DNA of 64,000 bases from an uncultured Candidatus Binatia bacterium (lineage in GTDB: Bacteria; Desulfobacterota; Binatia; UBA9968; JAJDTQ01): NCBI GenBank assembly GCA_965242525.1, contig OZ251459.1, positions 1,472,001 to 1,536,000 of the forward strand, read 5' to 3'. Made by a program: the position numbers and the translations under genes. The notes beneath the pieces were generated by a model. The model did no database searches, had not been told where the DNA came from, and was given only the letters and a program-made list of their open reading frames with translations. Shown here piece by piece: positions 37,117 to 47,172 of this stretch. Each line of letters starts with the position of its first letter. Position 1 is the first letter of the stretch.

Positions 37117-37959
37117 CTAGGCCGCGTGCTCCCTGAGCCAGCCGTCGATGGCGTCGATCACCACCTGTTCCCGACCGGCGTAGAAGTGGTTGGCGCCAGG
37201 GACCATGACGCACGTGCAGACGTCGGGTCCCGCGGCCTCGGCCAGTTCCCGGGCGTATTCGCGGAAGTAGGCGGCCTCCACCTCTCCCGCGGTCACCAGC
37301 AGGGGACAGCCCAGGGCCGCGGCGTGGGGGCGCACGTCGGTGGTGTGGTGGCGGCCGTACTTGTTGACGTAGGTCCTGCAGGTGAACAGTCCGGTGGCGC
37401 CGCTGGCCGGCGCCCACAGGAACTCCTCTCCCTCGCCCCTGGCCACCCGTTCCTCCGCCGTCGCCATGCGCGCCTCGAACTCCGGGTCCTCCGCGGCCCG
37501 GGCGGCGTAGAACTGCTTGGGGGCGGAGCACGAGACCACGCCCACCACGTCGTCCCGGCGGCGGACTCCCTGGTAGTAGAGGGACTTGACCGAGCCCAGG
37601 CTGTGCCCCACCAGCACGAAGCGCGCGTACCCCTGCTGCCGCAACCGTTGGATGGCGGCGTCCACGTCGAGCAGGCAGTCTTCGAACTCCTCGCAGGTGG
37701 CGCCTCCGAACGCGGTCAGGTCGCCGGCCCGGGCGATCCAGTCATGGCCCCGGGTGTTGATGGAAAAGGCGTGGTGGCCGCGCCCGGCCAGGGCTTCGGC
37801 GAACACCGGCAGGGGGCCGGTGTAGAAGCTCATGGCCACGCCGTGGACCATCACCAGCGCCAAGTCGTCGCGCCGCGGCGCGTCCGCGCGGAACAGGAGC
37901 CCGTGCAGGGTCTCGTGGTCCGAGGTCACGAACGAAAGCAGTTCGGCTTGCCGCGCCAT
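37117..37959 (-). CDS. Alpha/beta hydrolase
   Basis: MVHG, RGHD, GHSLG nucleophile elbow and GANHFY motifs. Confidence 0.88.
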   Translation of the reverse strand: MARQAELLSFVTSDHETLHGLLFRADAPRRDDLALVMVHGVAMSFYTGPLPVFAEALAGRGHHAFSINTRGHDWIARAGDLTAFGGATCEEFEDCLLDVDAAIQRLRQQGYARFVLVGHSLGSVKSLYYQGVRRRDDVVGVVSCSAPKQFYAARAAEDPEFEARMATAEERVARGEGEEFLWAPASGATGLFTCRTYVNKYGRHHTTDVRPHAAALGCPLLVTAGEVEAAYFREYARELAEAAGPDVCTCVMVPGANHFYAGREQVVIDAIDGWLREHAA

Positions 37960-37988
37960 GGATAACCTCCCTGTCCCGGTCCCGCGGG

Positions 37989-40565
37989 TCACGCGGACCG
38001 CGGCCGGTACGTTTCGAGCCACCTTGCGATGGACTCGCCGTCGCGCTCCAGCCACAGGGCGTTGGAGCGGATGCGCTCCAACGACTGGCGTATGGTGCGC
38101 GCGGCCGCGGGCGCCGGATGCGCCTCGAAGAAGGACTCCACCTCCCGGGCCTTGTCCAGTGTAGTGAAGTCTTCGGTGGTGATGGACACGATGCGGGCGA
38201 TGATGAACCCGCCCTGGCCGTAACGGCCGTCGAACTCGGCCCACCGCTCCCGCAGGAAGTCCCAGGCCAACTCCCGTCCGAAGCGGTTGGCGGCCACCGC
38301 GGCCACCGCCAAAGGCGTGTCCTGGGCGCGCACCTCCCCGGACAGCGAGAACTCCAGCGTGCGCCGCAGGAGCTCCCGGTCCGCGCTGCATCCCAACCCG
38401 TGCAGGCAGCGGTTCTTCTCCTCGTGGAGCTCGGCCTCCCGGTACGCCCGGAGCACCGCCTCGTAACCCTCCAGGCCCCGGTTCTCCACCACCGCGGCAT
38501 ACACCGCGGCCCGCAGGTCCGGGGCCAGGGCGCTGCCGCCGCCCGCCTCCCCGTCGAACCGGCGCAAGGCTTCCCCCACCGATCGGGGGTCGCCGTAGCG
38601 CACCAGGATGCCGATGACCATGGCCCGGAGCATGGTCGCGAGGTGGCCCTCCCCGGGCCGCGGGTCCCACCCGACCCTCGCGCAAACGGGTTGGTACAGG
38701 TCCCGGGCGAAGGCGCGGAACGGTTCGTGGCAGGTCCGGTCGGAGAGGAGCACGTCGTAGGCCCGGAGGTTGTGGGACAGGTCCGCCCACACCGTGTAGT
38801 CGGTCTCGTTGCGGTAGGCCGACGCCATGCCCAGGGCCCGGGGAGCGCCCACGCGGCCGGCCCGGGCCAGGGCGAACGCGTCGTTCTGGATCCCCAGGCG
38901 GTCGGTGGCCGAGAGCCCGCCCGTTTCCACCGCCGCGGCCAGCCGGTCCCACAGACCGGGGCCGTAGTTGACCCGGTAGAACCCGGTCTGGTCCGGGTTG
39001 AGCTTCAGCCAACCCCGGGGCGCCGGTCCCAGGTTCGCCTCCGCCTCTTCGAGGAGGCGGAAGGCGTCCGCCTCCCCTTCGGCGCGAAGGCCCACCGGGA
39101 CCGACCACCGGCTCGGGTCGTCCCGGTCCGGCGCGCCGCTCAGCAGGTACCGGCTCTGGCGGACCTCCACCGCGCCCCGCCCCACTTCCACCGACAGCAG
39201 CGGGTAGCCCGTCTGCTTGGTCCACGTGTCCATCACCCGCTTCACCGGCCGGCCCGACTCCTCCCCAAGGGCCTGCCACAGGTCCTCGGTGGTGGCGTTG
39301 GCGTACTGGTGACGCCGCAGGTAGCGCTGCAACCCCCGGCGGAACGCTTCCTCGCCCAGGTAGGCGGCGAGCATCCGTATCACCGAAGCGCCCTTGCTGT
39401 AGCTGATGGCGTCGAAGATCTCGTTGATCTGCTTCGGGTCCCGCACCTCCACCTCGATGGGGTGCGAGCTCTCGAGGCCGTCCAGGGCCATGGCGCGGCT
39501 GAAGTCGCTGAAGACGAACTGGGTCCACATGTCCCACTCCGGGAACAGGTGATCCACCGCCAGGTACTCCACCCACGAGGCGAACCCCTCGTTGAGCCAC
39601 AGGTGCGTCCACCACTCCATGGTCACCAGGTTGCCGAACCACTGATGCGCCAGCTCGTGGGCGATGACGATGGCCACGCGCTGGCGCGTGGCGGCCGAGG
39701 ACTCCTCGGGGTCCACCAGGATGGCGGTCTCCCGGTAGGTCACCGCCCCCCAGTTCTCCATGGCCCCCGCGGCGAAGTCCGGGATGGCGATCAGGTCCAT
39801 CTTGGGCAACGGATACGGGATGTCGAAGTACTCCTGGAAGAACGACAGGGTCCGGGAAGCCACGTCCAGGGCGAAACGCCCCTGCTCGCCCTTGCCCGCA
39901 GGCGTATAGACCCGCACCGCGACGCCTTCCCGGGTGCGCGTCTCCACGAAGTCGAACTCGCCCACGACGAACGCCAGCAGGTAGGTGGACATGACCGGCG
40001 TCTCCGCGAACCGCACCGTCTTGCGACCGTCCTCCCCTGTCTCCGTGCCGCTCGGCGGCATGTTCGAGATGACCGTCCGGTCCTGGGGCGCCGTCAGCGT
40101 GACCTCGAACACCGCCTTGGCCGCGGGCTCGTCCCAGCACGGGAACGCGCGCCGGGCGTCGGTGGCCTCGAACTGGGTCACCGCCATGTGCCGCTTGCGG
40201 CCGTCCACCCGGTACTCGCTGCGGTAGAACCCGCGCATCTTGTCGTTGAGCTGCCCGGTGAAGTCCAGGAGCAGCTTGGCGGGACCCGGCGCCACCGGCC
40301 GGTCGAAGACCAGGGTGACGGTCTCCCGCTCCTCGTCGGTCTCCACCTGTGCGGGCTCCACCGTGCTCCCGGCCTGCTCCAGGGCCGCCCGCCGGATCTC
40401 CAGCTCCGCGGCGTGCAGCACGATGCGCCGGGTGGCGCTCTCCACCCGGACGTCCACGGACTCGCTGCCGTCGAAGGTGAAGCGGTCCAGGTCCGGCGCG
40501 AGCGTGATGCGGTAACGCTCGGGACGAACGTCGGCGGGCAGCAGCACCCGTCCCTGCTCGGTCAT
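37989..40565 (-). CDS. M1 family aminopeptidase (puromycin-sensitive/PepN-like)
   Basis: TQFEATDARRAFPCWDEP, GAMEN, HELAHQWFG..WLNEG and YSKG motifs. Confidence 0.95.
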   Translation of the reverse strand: MTEQGRVLLPADVRPERYRITLAPDLDRFTFDGSESVDVRVESATRRIVLHAAELEIRRAALEQAGSTVEPAQVETDEERETVTLVFDRPVAPGPAKLLLDFTGQLNDKMRGFYRSEYRVDGRKRHMAVTQFEATDARRAFPCWDEPAAKAVFEVTLTAPQDRTVISNMPPSGTETGEDGRKTVRFAETPVMSTYLLAFVVGEFDFVETRTREGVAVRVYTPAGKGEQGRFALDVASRTLSFFQEYFDIPYPLPKMDLIAIPDFAAGAMENWGAVTYRETAILVDPEESSAATRQRVAIVIAHELAHQWFGNLVTMEWWTHLWLNEGFASWVEYLAVDHLFPEWDMWTQFVFSDFSRAMALDGLESSHPIEVEVRDPKQINEIFDAISYSKGASVIRMLAAYLGEEAFRRGLQRYLRRHQYANATTEDLWQALGEESGRPVKRVMDTWTKQTGYPLLSVEVGRGAVEVRQSRYLLSGAPDRDDPSRWSVPVGLRAEGEADAFRLLEEAEANLGPAPRGWLKLNPDQTGFYRVNYGPGLWDRLAAAVETGGLSATDRLGIQNDAFALARAGRVGAPRALGMASAYRNETDYTVWADLSHNLRAYDVLLSDRTCHEPFRAFARDLYQPVCARVGWDPRPGEGHLATMLRAMVIGILVRYGDPRSVGEALRRFDGEAGGGSALAPDLRAAVYAAVVENRGLEGYEAVLRAYREAELHEEKNRCLHGLGCSADRELLRRTLEFSLSGEVRAQDTPLAVAAVAANRFGRELAWDFLRERWAEFDGRYGQGGFIIARIVSITTEDFTTLDKAREVESFFEAHPAPAAARTIRQSLERIRSNALWLERDGESIARWLETYRPRSA

Positions 40566-40644
40566 TCCATGTCCTCCAAGGCCGGTTGGGGAAGGTCGTC
40601 GGTGGTTGGTCCTCGTCCGGGCCGGCCGACAAGCCGGGCGGGCG

Positions 40645-41415
40645 CTAGAGGTTCCTGTCGAAGAACTCCAGGGTCCGCTTCCACGCGGTCTCGGCCGCGG
40701 CCTCGTCGTAGTTGCGGCTGTCGGCGTTGGCGAAGGCGTGCCCCGCGTTGGGATAGATGAAGACCATGTGGTCCCCCTTCAGGGTCTTGAGCTTCGCCTG
40801 GAACTCACGGACGTTGTCCACCTCTATGCCGCGGTCCTTCTCCCCGAAGTGCCCCAGGATGGCGGCGCGCATCCTGCTGAGGTCGTCCCTGGGGTTGAAC
40901 CGGCCGTAGTAGATCACCGACGCCTTGACGCCCAGGTCGTTCCTGGCCATCTGGTAGGACCAGCCGCCCCCGAAGCACCAGCCCACGGAGGCGATCCGGG
41001 CAGGGTCCACCTCCCCCTCCAGCCCGGCGAGGTAGCTCACAGCCTGCCGGAGGTTGGCGAAGGCCGAATCCGGGTCCTTCCGCACGCCGCCGGCGAGCTT
41101 CCGCGCCCCGTCCCGGTCCGAGGCCACCCGGCCGTCGTAGAGGTCCACCGCCAGGGCCACGTAGCCCAACTCCGCGAACCTGCGCGCGTTCTCGCGGATG
41201 TTGTCGTTCAGTCCCCACCACTCGTGGATGAGGACCAGGGCGGGACCCGCCTTCCCGTCCGCGGGACGGGCCAGGTAGCCCCTGACCTCGTCGTTCCCCG
41301 CATGGTAGGCCACATCCCCGGCCGTGACCTTCCCGGCCTGTGCAAAGGCCGACCCGGCCGCGGCGTGGCACGCCAGCGACAGGATCACGGCGCACATGAA
41401 GAGGTTGCGTTTCAT
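40645..41415 (-). CDS. Dienelactone hydrolase family protein (signal peptide)
   Basis: IHEWWGLN, GWCFGG, HFGEKD and AGHAF motifs. Confidence 0.9.
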   Translation of the reverse strand: MKRNLFMCAVILSLACHAAAGSAFAQAGKVTAGDVAYHAGNDEVRGYLARPADGKAGPALVLIHEWWGLNDNIRENARRFAELGYVALAVDLYDGRVASDRDGARKLAGGVRKDPDSAFANLRQAVSYLAGLEGEVDPARIASVGWCFGGGWSYQMARNDLGVKASVIYYGRFNPRDDLSRMRAAILGHFGEKDRGIEVDNVREFQAKLKTLKGDHMVFIYPNAGHAFANADSRNYDEAAAETAWKRTLEFFDRNL

Positions 41416-41467
41416 CGTGTCCCTCCTTCCCGGACCCTTGGAAACCAAAGGTCCGATTTTACGTTCA

Positions 41468-41779
41468 GGAAACTCGGAACAATCCCCGCTCGAACCCCAT
41501 CTCCCGTGGAAAAGCGCGTCCTTCGACTTCGCTTCGCTACGCTCAGGACGAACGGAAATAAGGGGTCAGGGTGAGGGGATCGGGAATCCATCCTGGATGT
41601 CTCGATTGTTCAGAGGTTCCTCAGGACGAACGTGGATAATCGTTCAGGGTTTCCTTTACAGCTTTCAGGGAGCATTACCACGGCTTCCCTGATCCATCGA
41701 GCCGCAGGTGGGCTATTCCCTTACCCTGATCTCCTGTCCCCGTTCGTCCTGAGCGTAGCGAAGCGAAGTCGAAGGACGC
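41468..41779. repeat. Cluster of MITE family A copies (cores 41514-41555 + and 41738-41779 -)
   Basis: Two inverted REP cores plus terminus-like motifs at 41468, 41603-41620 and 41638-41654. Confidence 0.8.
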
Positions 41780-41833
41780 ATATCGGTTTCCTTGGCAGCT
41801 GCGCGCCCCGCGGCGGCCTGATGAGCAAGCGAG

Positions 41834-41910
41834 TGGCGCGCCCGAAGGGAGTCGAACCCCTAACCTCCAGATCCGTAGTCTGGCGCTCTATCCAATTGAG
41901 CTACGGGCGC
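41834..41910 (-). tRNA. tRNA-Arg(ACG)
   Basis: GCGCCCGTAGCTCAATTGGATAGAGC..CTACGGA..GGTTCGACTCC..CCA cloverleaf. Confidence 0.95.
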
Positions 41911-41915
41911 AGACA

Positions 41916-42006
41916 TGGCGGAGAGAGAGGGATTCGAACCCTCGGTACCCTTTTGAGGTACACACGCTTAGCAGGCGTGCGCCTTCGACCGCTCGGCCAT
42001 CTCTCC
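41916..42006 (-). tRNA. tRNA-Ser(GCT)
   Basis: GGAGAGATGGCCGAGCGG..CTGCTAA, long variable arm, GGTTCGAATCC..CCA. Confidence 0.95.
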
Positions 42007-42194
42007 AGTGACATGCGATGGAGTAGAGACTATGACACACACCGCCCGCGCGGTCAAACTTTTCCGCGTCCTTCCGGCTTTCATGTGGGCAAGGCAGGAG
42101 GGGAAGGCAAGCGAAAGGGGTCACGACGTCTTTGCTCCGCAGACGCCTGCCCCGCCATTCCCGCAGACGCGCACCCTCCGTCATTCCTGCGAAG

Positions 42195-42362
42195 CCCACC
42201 TCGTCGTTCCCGCAGACTCCCACCTCGTCGTTCCCGCAGACTCCCACCTCGTCGTTCCCGCAGACTCCCACCTCGTCATTCCCGCAGACTCCCACCTCGT
42301 CATTCCCGCAGACTCCCACCTCGTCATTCCCGCAGACTCCCACCTCGTCATTCCCGCGAAGC
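42195..42362 (+). repeat. Tandem array of seven 24-bp units CCCACCTCGTC(G/A)TTCCCGCAGACT
   Basis: Exact 24-bp period from 42195; three G-type units, three A-type units, one variant. Confidence 0.95.
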
Positions 42363-42370
42363 CCCACTCC

Positions 42371-42570
42371 CGTCATTCCCGCGAAAGCGGGAATCCACTT
42401 TGCCAGATCCACGGAAAGGGATTCGACGTGACACCCACATATGGAGCGATGGACTCCCATCCCCGTTCGTCCTGAGCGTAGCGAAGCGAAGTCGAAGGAC
42501 GCTCTCATGCCTTCTGCCCGATTGTTCAGGGGTTCCTGGAAAGTGGATTCCCGCTTTCGCGGGAATGACG
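42371..42570. repeat. Inverted pair of REP family B (CGTCATTCCCGCGAAAGCGGGAATCCA) enclosing a family A core (42461-42502)
   Basis: 42371-42397 and its reverse complement at 42544-42570. Confidence 0.9.
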
Positions 42571-42852
42571 GAGTGGGCTTTTGCGGAATGACAGGGGTGG
42601 GCCTTCATGGGAATGACGGGAGTGGGCTTTCGTGGGAATGACGGAGGGTGCGCGTCTGCGGGAATGACGAGATGGGGCATCTGCGGGAATGAGGAGGTGG
42701 GGCGTCCGCGGCGCGCTGCCCGCCGGGCCCGCGCGGTTTGACAAAGCCGGACCGCGCCAGTAACAATCAGGGCCGCGAGGCGCGGGGCGGAACCCGTGAG
42801 CGGAACGGCTCCGCGCTCGCGTTTCCGCGGCCCCGCGCAAGCGGCTCGTTCC

Positions 42853-44292
42853 ATGCCCGAAGTCCGAACACGTTTCGCCCCGAGCCCCACCGGATACCTG
42901 CACATCGGCGGCGCGCGCACCGCGCTGTTCAACTACCTCCACGCCCGGGGCCTCCAGGGCAGGTTCATACTCCGCATCGAGGACACCGACCGCCGGCGCT
43001 CCACGCCGGAAGCCATCGACGCCATCCTCCGCAGCCTCGAATGGCTGCAACTCGACTGGGACGAGGGGCCGTTCTACCAGACGGAACGGAGCGGCCTCTA
43101 CCGGGAGCGCATCCGCTCCCTGCTGCGCGCGGGCGACGCCTACCCGTGCGTGTGCACGGCCGAGACCCTGGACGCCAAGCGGCGGGCCGCGCTGGAAGGG
43201 AAGCGCAAGCCCATGTACGACGGCGCCTGCCGCCCGCGGGAGCGCGCGGAAGCGCCGCTGCCGGAAGGCGCGCCCTTCACCGTCCGGTTCCGCTCGCCGG
43301 AGCGCGGGACCACGGTGGTGGAGGACAAGGTCAAGGGCCGGGTGGCCTTCGACAACGCCGAACTGGACGACCTCATCATCGCCCGCTCGGACGGTACTCC
43401 CACCTACAACTTCTGCGTGGTCTGCGACGACATCGACATGCGCATCACCCACGTCATCCGGGGCGACGACCACCTGTCCAACACCCCCCGGCAACTCCAG
43501 CTCTACCAAGCCCTGGGCGCCGAGCCGCCGGTGTTCGCCCACGTGCCGCTGATCCTCGGAGTGGACAGGAAACGCCTCAGCAAGCGGCACGGGGCCACTT
43601 CGGTCACCGCCTACCGGGACATGGGCTACTACCCCGAGGCGCTGAACAACTACCTGGCGAGGCTGGGATGGTCCCACGGCGACCAGGAGATATTCGACCG
43701 CGGGGAACTGGTGGAGAAGTTCGGCATCGACTCGGTGGGCAAGTCCTCCGCGGTCTTCAACCCCGACAAGCTGCTGTGGCTCAACGCCCACTACCTCAGG
43801 GCCCGTCCCCTGTCCCGGCTGGCCGAGGACGCGGTCCCCTGGGTCACGGCCCAGGGCCACGACGCCCCGGACGACCGCGCTTGGCTCGAGAAGATGGTGG
43901 CCACCTTGAGGGAGCGCGCCAAGTCCCTGGCGGAGCTCGCGGAGATGGGGCGCTTCTACCTGACGGATGAGGTCTCCATCGACGAGAAGGCCGCGCGGAA
44001 GCACCTGACCCCCGAGACCCGCCCGCTCCTGGAGGAGGCCGCGGCGAGGCTGGGGGCGCTGGCCGACTTCGACCCGGCCGGCATCGAGGGGGCCTTCGGC
44101 GAGATGGTGGCGGAACGGGGCATCGGCCTGGGCAAGGCGGCCCAGCCGGTACGGGTCGCGCTCACCGGCTCCACCGTGAGCCCCGGCATCTACGAGGTCA
44201 TCCACGTCCTCGGAAGGGACCGGACCCTGACGCGCTTGGCCGGGGGCATCCGGTACATCGACTCCGGCCCGGAGGGGCTCCGGGGCCCATGA
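42853..44292 (+). CDS. gltX: Glutamate--tRNA ligase
   Basis: RFAPSPTGYLHIG (HIGH), LRIEDTD, THVIRGDDH and LSKRHG (KMSKS). Confidence 0.97.
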   Translation: MPEVRTRFAPSPTGYLHIGGARTALFNYLHARGLQGRFILRIEDTDRRRSTPEAIDAILRSLEWLQLDWDEGPFYQTERSGLYRERIRSLLRAGDAYPCVCTAETLDAKRRAALEGKRKPMYDGACRPRERAEAPLPEGAPFTVRFRSPERGTTVVEDKVKGRVAFDNAELDDLIIARSDGTPTYNFCVVCDDIDMRITHVIRGDDHLSNTPRQLQLYQALGAEPPVFAHVPLILGVDRKRLSKRHGATSVTAYRDMGYYPEALNNYLARLGWSHGDQEIFDRGELVEKFGIDSVGKSSAVFNPDKLLWLNAHYLRARPLSRLAEDAVPWVTAQGHDAPDDRAWLEKMVATLRERAKSLAELAEMGRFYLTDEVSIDEKAARKHLTPETRPLLEEAAARLGALADFDPAGIEGAFGEMVAERGIGLGKAAQPVRVALTGSTVSPGIYEVIHVLGRDRTLTRLAGGIRYIDSGPEGLRGP

Positions 44293-44329
44293 AAGGGAAG
44301 CGGGCGCGGCCGCGCCGCCCGCGCTCGCC

Positions 44330-45199
44330 GTGGACCCCCTCATCCCGCTGCTGGCCCTGGGCGCCGCCCTGTGCTTCTCGTCCGGCCAGATCTGTTCCCG
44401 GCTGGGCCTGAACTACGGCACCCCCACCGGCGCCATCTCCTTCTCGCTCTTCACCTCCACCGTCATCCTGCTGCTGGCCCTGGGTCCCCTCGCTTCCCTG
44501 GACCGCGCGCCCCCCGCGGGGCTCCTGCTGCTCACCGGCGCCGGGGTGCTGTCGCCCTTCTGCACCCAGATCCTGCTGTTCGTCTCGGCCAGCAAGGTGG
44601 GCATCTCCCGGGCCTCGCCGCTGCGCAACACCACCCCCCTGTTCGCCGGGGTGGTGGCGGTGGCGCTCCTGGGGGAGACCGTCACCGTCCCCATCGCGGT
44701 CGGGACCCTGCTCATCGTGCTGGGCGCGAGCCTCCTGGGCATCAAGGAATCCGAGACCGCCTTCCCCTACCGGCGCGTCTATCTCCTGCTGCCGGTGATG
44801 GCTGCGTTCCTGGGGGGCTTCTCCAACCCCATGCGCAAGCTCGCCTACACCATGATCGAGTCGGTTCCGCTGGCCATCTGCGTGGTGCAGGGAGGGGCAT
44901 TCGCGGCCCTGGTGACCTACCTGCTGGCCACGGGAAAGCACCGCGAGCTGGTGTTCCGGCGCGAGACCCTGGGCTGGTTCGGCCTGTCCGGGGTGCTCAA
45001 CAGCGCCGCGGTGGCCTGCAACATGACCGCGCTGGAGATGGGGGACGTGGTGCTGGTGTCGCCGCTCATCGCCACCACCCCGCTCTTCACCGTGCTCCTG
45101 AGCACGGTCTTCCTGCGGTCCTTCGAGAAGGTGACCCTCAAGGTGGCCGCGGGGGCCGGGGCCATCTTCCTGGGGGGAGTGGTGCTGACGGCGTTCTGA
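44330..45199 (+). CDS. DMT/EamA family transporter
   Basis: 289 aa, ~10 TM in two repeats, LLGE and PLFTV..F..E motifs. Confidence 0.85.
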   Translation: MDPLIPLLALGAALCFSSGQICSRLGLNYGTPTGAISFSLFTSTVILLLALGPLASLDRAPPAGLLLLTGAGVLSPFCTQILLFVSASKVGISRASPLRNTTPLFAGVVAVALLGETVTVPIAVGTLLIVLGASLLGIKESETAFPYRRVYLLLPVMAAFLGGFSNPMRKLAYTMIESVPLAICVVQGGAFAALVTYLLATGKHRELVFRRETLGWFGLSGVLNSAAVACNMTALEMGDVVLVSPLIATTPLFTVLLSTVFLRSFEKVTLKVAAGAGAIFLGGVVLTAF

Positions 45200-45269
45200 G
45201 GGCGGGCGGCCCCGCCTCGGGAAGCGCGGCCGACCCCTACCGGGGGAACGGGAACGGCGCGGCCTCCGC

Positions 45270-45983
45270 TCAGCCGATGGTCCCGTCGAGCAGTCTTCCG
45301 TATCCGGGAAGCGACGGCTCCAGGTCCAGCCCCTTCAACGCCTCCCAGATCCATGCCTGGGTGTTGGTGATGACGGGCTTGCCCAGGTCCGCCTCCAGCC
45401 GCTCGATGACGGACGAGACGCGCCACTTGTTGCAGGGCATGTAGATGCCGTCCACGTTGGGGCACTCGGCGAGGACCGCGGCCGCCAAGTCGTAGCCGGT
45501 CTCGGGGGCCAACTCCCAGATCTCCTGGGTGTTGTGGTAGCCCAGACCGCGGTTGGCGGCCACCTCCACGTTGTAGTGGTCCAGGAACCGGATGAGGTTC
45601 TCGTCCTGGTCGTGGGGAAACGGCGAGGCCATGACCACCCGATAGACGTCCAGGGATTTGAGCGCCCGCACCACCGCGGTCAACACCGTCGAAGCGTTCA
45701 CCGGGGTGATCTCCCTCACCGAGTCGAGCACCAGCCGGTCCGAGCCCGGACCGCGGTAGGAAAGGAACAACTCGCCGGTGATCATCAGGAAGTCCAGGGA
45801 CTCGCCGGCCAAGTCCCGGACCACGTCCGCGAAGGCCTCGTCCACCCTGGCGAAGTCCTCGTCCGTGAACGCGCCGACCTGCAAGGGCCGGCCCTTTATC
45901 TCGATGCCTTCCGGCAGGATGCGGTAGTACTCCTGGATGGTCGGGTCGTCCAGGTTGGGCGAGATCAGGCCCAAGCTCTTCAT
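45270..45983 (-). CDS. Maleate isomerase / arylmalonate decarboxylase (Asp/Glu racemase) family protein
   Basis: ASPF, GIYMPCNKW and LEADLGKPVITNTQA.IW motifs. Confidence 0.8.
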   Translation of the reverse strand: MKSLGLISPNLDDPTIQEYYRILPEGIEIKGRPLQVGAFTDEDFARVDEAFADVVRDLAGESLDFLMITGELFLSYRGPGSDRLVLDSVREITPVNASTVLTAVVRALKSLDVYRVVMASPFPHDQDENLIRFLDHYNVEVAANRGLGYHNTQEIWELAPETGYDLAAAVLAECPNVDGIYMPCNKWRVSSVIERLEADLGKPVITNTQAWIWEALKGLDLEPSLPGYGRLLDGTIG

Positions 45984-46339
45984 CGGGTCCTCCGTGAGAC
46001 GCTGCCGGACACGCCGCCCCGGGCCTCCGGCGCAACGCCAACGCCTTCGACGAAAAAGACCAGCGCGCCCTCTTGGCCTGGCCAAGCGGCGGCTGGTCCG
46101 TCGTCGGGTTCAGTCGTTCATCTCGCTCGCGTTGCGCGGCCGGTCCGGACGCCGTGCCCGGTCGGGTGTAGGACGCCTACCAGAGCCGTCTTTCACTGTC
46201 AAGAGCGCCCCGGCGGGGGGACGCAGCTTGACTCGCGCCCCGGTCGCTGCTATCCGAAACGGTGACCCGAAGGGGTCGAACGCGGCCCCGCTCCACGAGG
46301 CCTGCGCAGAGGTCCAGAACCCGGGAGGGCTCCGAGTCC

Positions 46340-47170
46340 ATGGCTACCATGATAACCAGCGAGTGCATCAACTGCGGCGCGTGCGAGCCGGAATGCCCCA
46401 ACAACGCCATCACGCAGGCGGACGAGATCTACGTCATCGACCCGCTGCTGTGCACGGAGTGCGTGGGCTTCCACGACTACGAGGCCTGCGCCGCGGTCTG
46501 TCCGGTGGACTGCTGCGTGACCGATCCCAACAACGTGGAGAGCGAGGAGGCCCTCATCGGCCGCGCGCGGGAGATCCACGCCGACACGGACTTCGGCGAA
46601 GCCTTCGAGTCCCGGTTCCGGCAAGGCGAGACGGCCGCCCCGGCCAAGCCCCCGGAGGCGGCGGCTGCCGCACCCGCCCCGGGCGCGCCGCCGCAGGCCG
46701 CCCCGACCGCGGCCGGCGCTCCGGCCCCGGCGTGGGTGGACGCGTCGCAGCCCTCGGTGGCCATACCCGCTCCCGACCAATGGCCCGTGTCCCTCCCCTG
46801 CTTCTCCTGCGGCCAGGCATACGAAGTGGAGACCGGCCGCCTCACCATCGGGAACGTGCTGTTCTGCCCCCGCTGCTACAGGTCCACCGTGGTCAAGGAC
46901 GACCTCAACTACCTCGTCCGCACCGCGGTGGCGCGATTCCACGACCAGTGGGACGCCGAGCTTTCGGAGTTCCTGGAGCAGCGTGAGCGGGAGATGGCGC
47001 TGTTCCGGGAACGGCGGCAGAAGGAGCTTCGGGCCTTCGAGAAAGGCCTGGAGAAGCGCGCGGAGGAGTTCCGCAAGCGTCTCGCCCGGCTCACGGAGGA
47101 CTACCAGGCGCCGGGGAAACAGATCGAGAAGCGGGCGTTGCTGGGCTGGCGCTCCAGGGCCGTTGACTGA
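46340..47170 (+). CDS. YfhL-type 2[4Fe-4S] ferredoxin fused to an Ala/Pro linker, Zn-ribbon and coiled coil
   Basis: CINCGACEPECP..CTECVG..CAAVCPVDC; then CFSC..CPRC and a charged helical tail. Confidence 0.85.
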   Translation: MATMITSECINCGACEPECPNNAITQADEIYVIDPLLCTECVGFHDYEACAAVCPVDCCVTDPNNVESEEALIGRAREIHADTDFGEAFESRFRQGETAAPAKPPEAAAAAPAPGAPPQAAPTAAGAPAPAWVDASQPSVAIPAPDQWPVSLPCFSCGQAYEVETGRLTIGNVLFCPRCYRSTVVKDDLNYLVRTAVARFHDQWDAELSEFLEQREREMALFRERRQKELRAFEKGLEKRAEEFRKRLARLTEDYQAPGKQIEKRALLGWRSRAVD

Positions 47171-47172
47171 AG

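Noticed and set aside
42195-42362. Possible CRISPR array
   Set aside because: Units are contiguous 24-mers with no unique spacers, derive from a REP half-site, and no cas genes are present in the window.
41632-42932. ORFs with VIPADSHL / CGNDEVGV repeats
   Set aside because: They are translations of the DNA tandem repeat and overlap tRNA genes.
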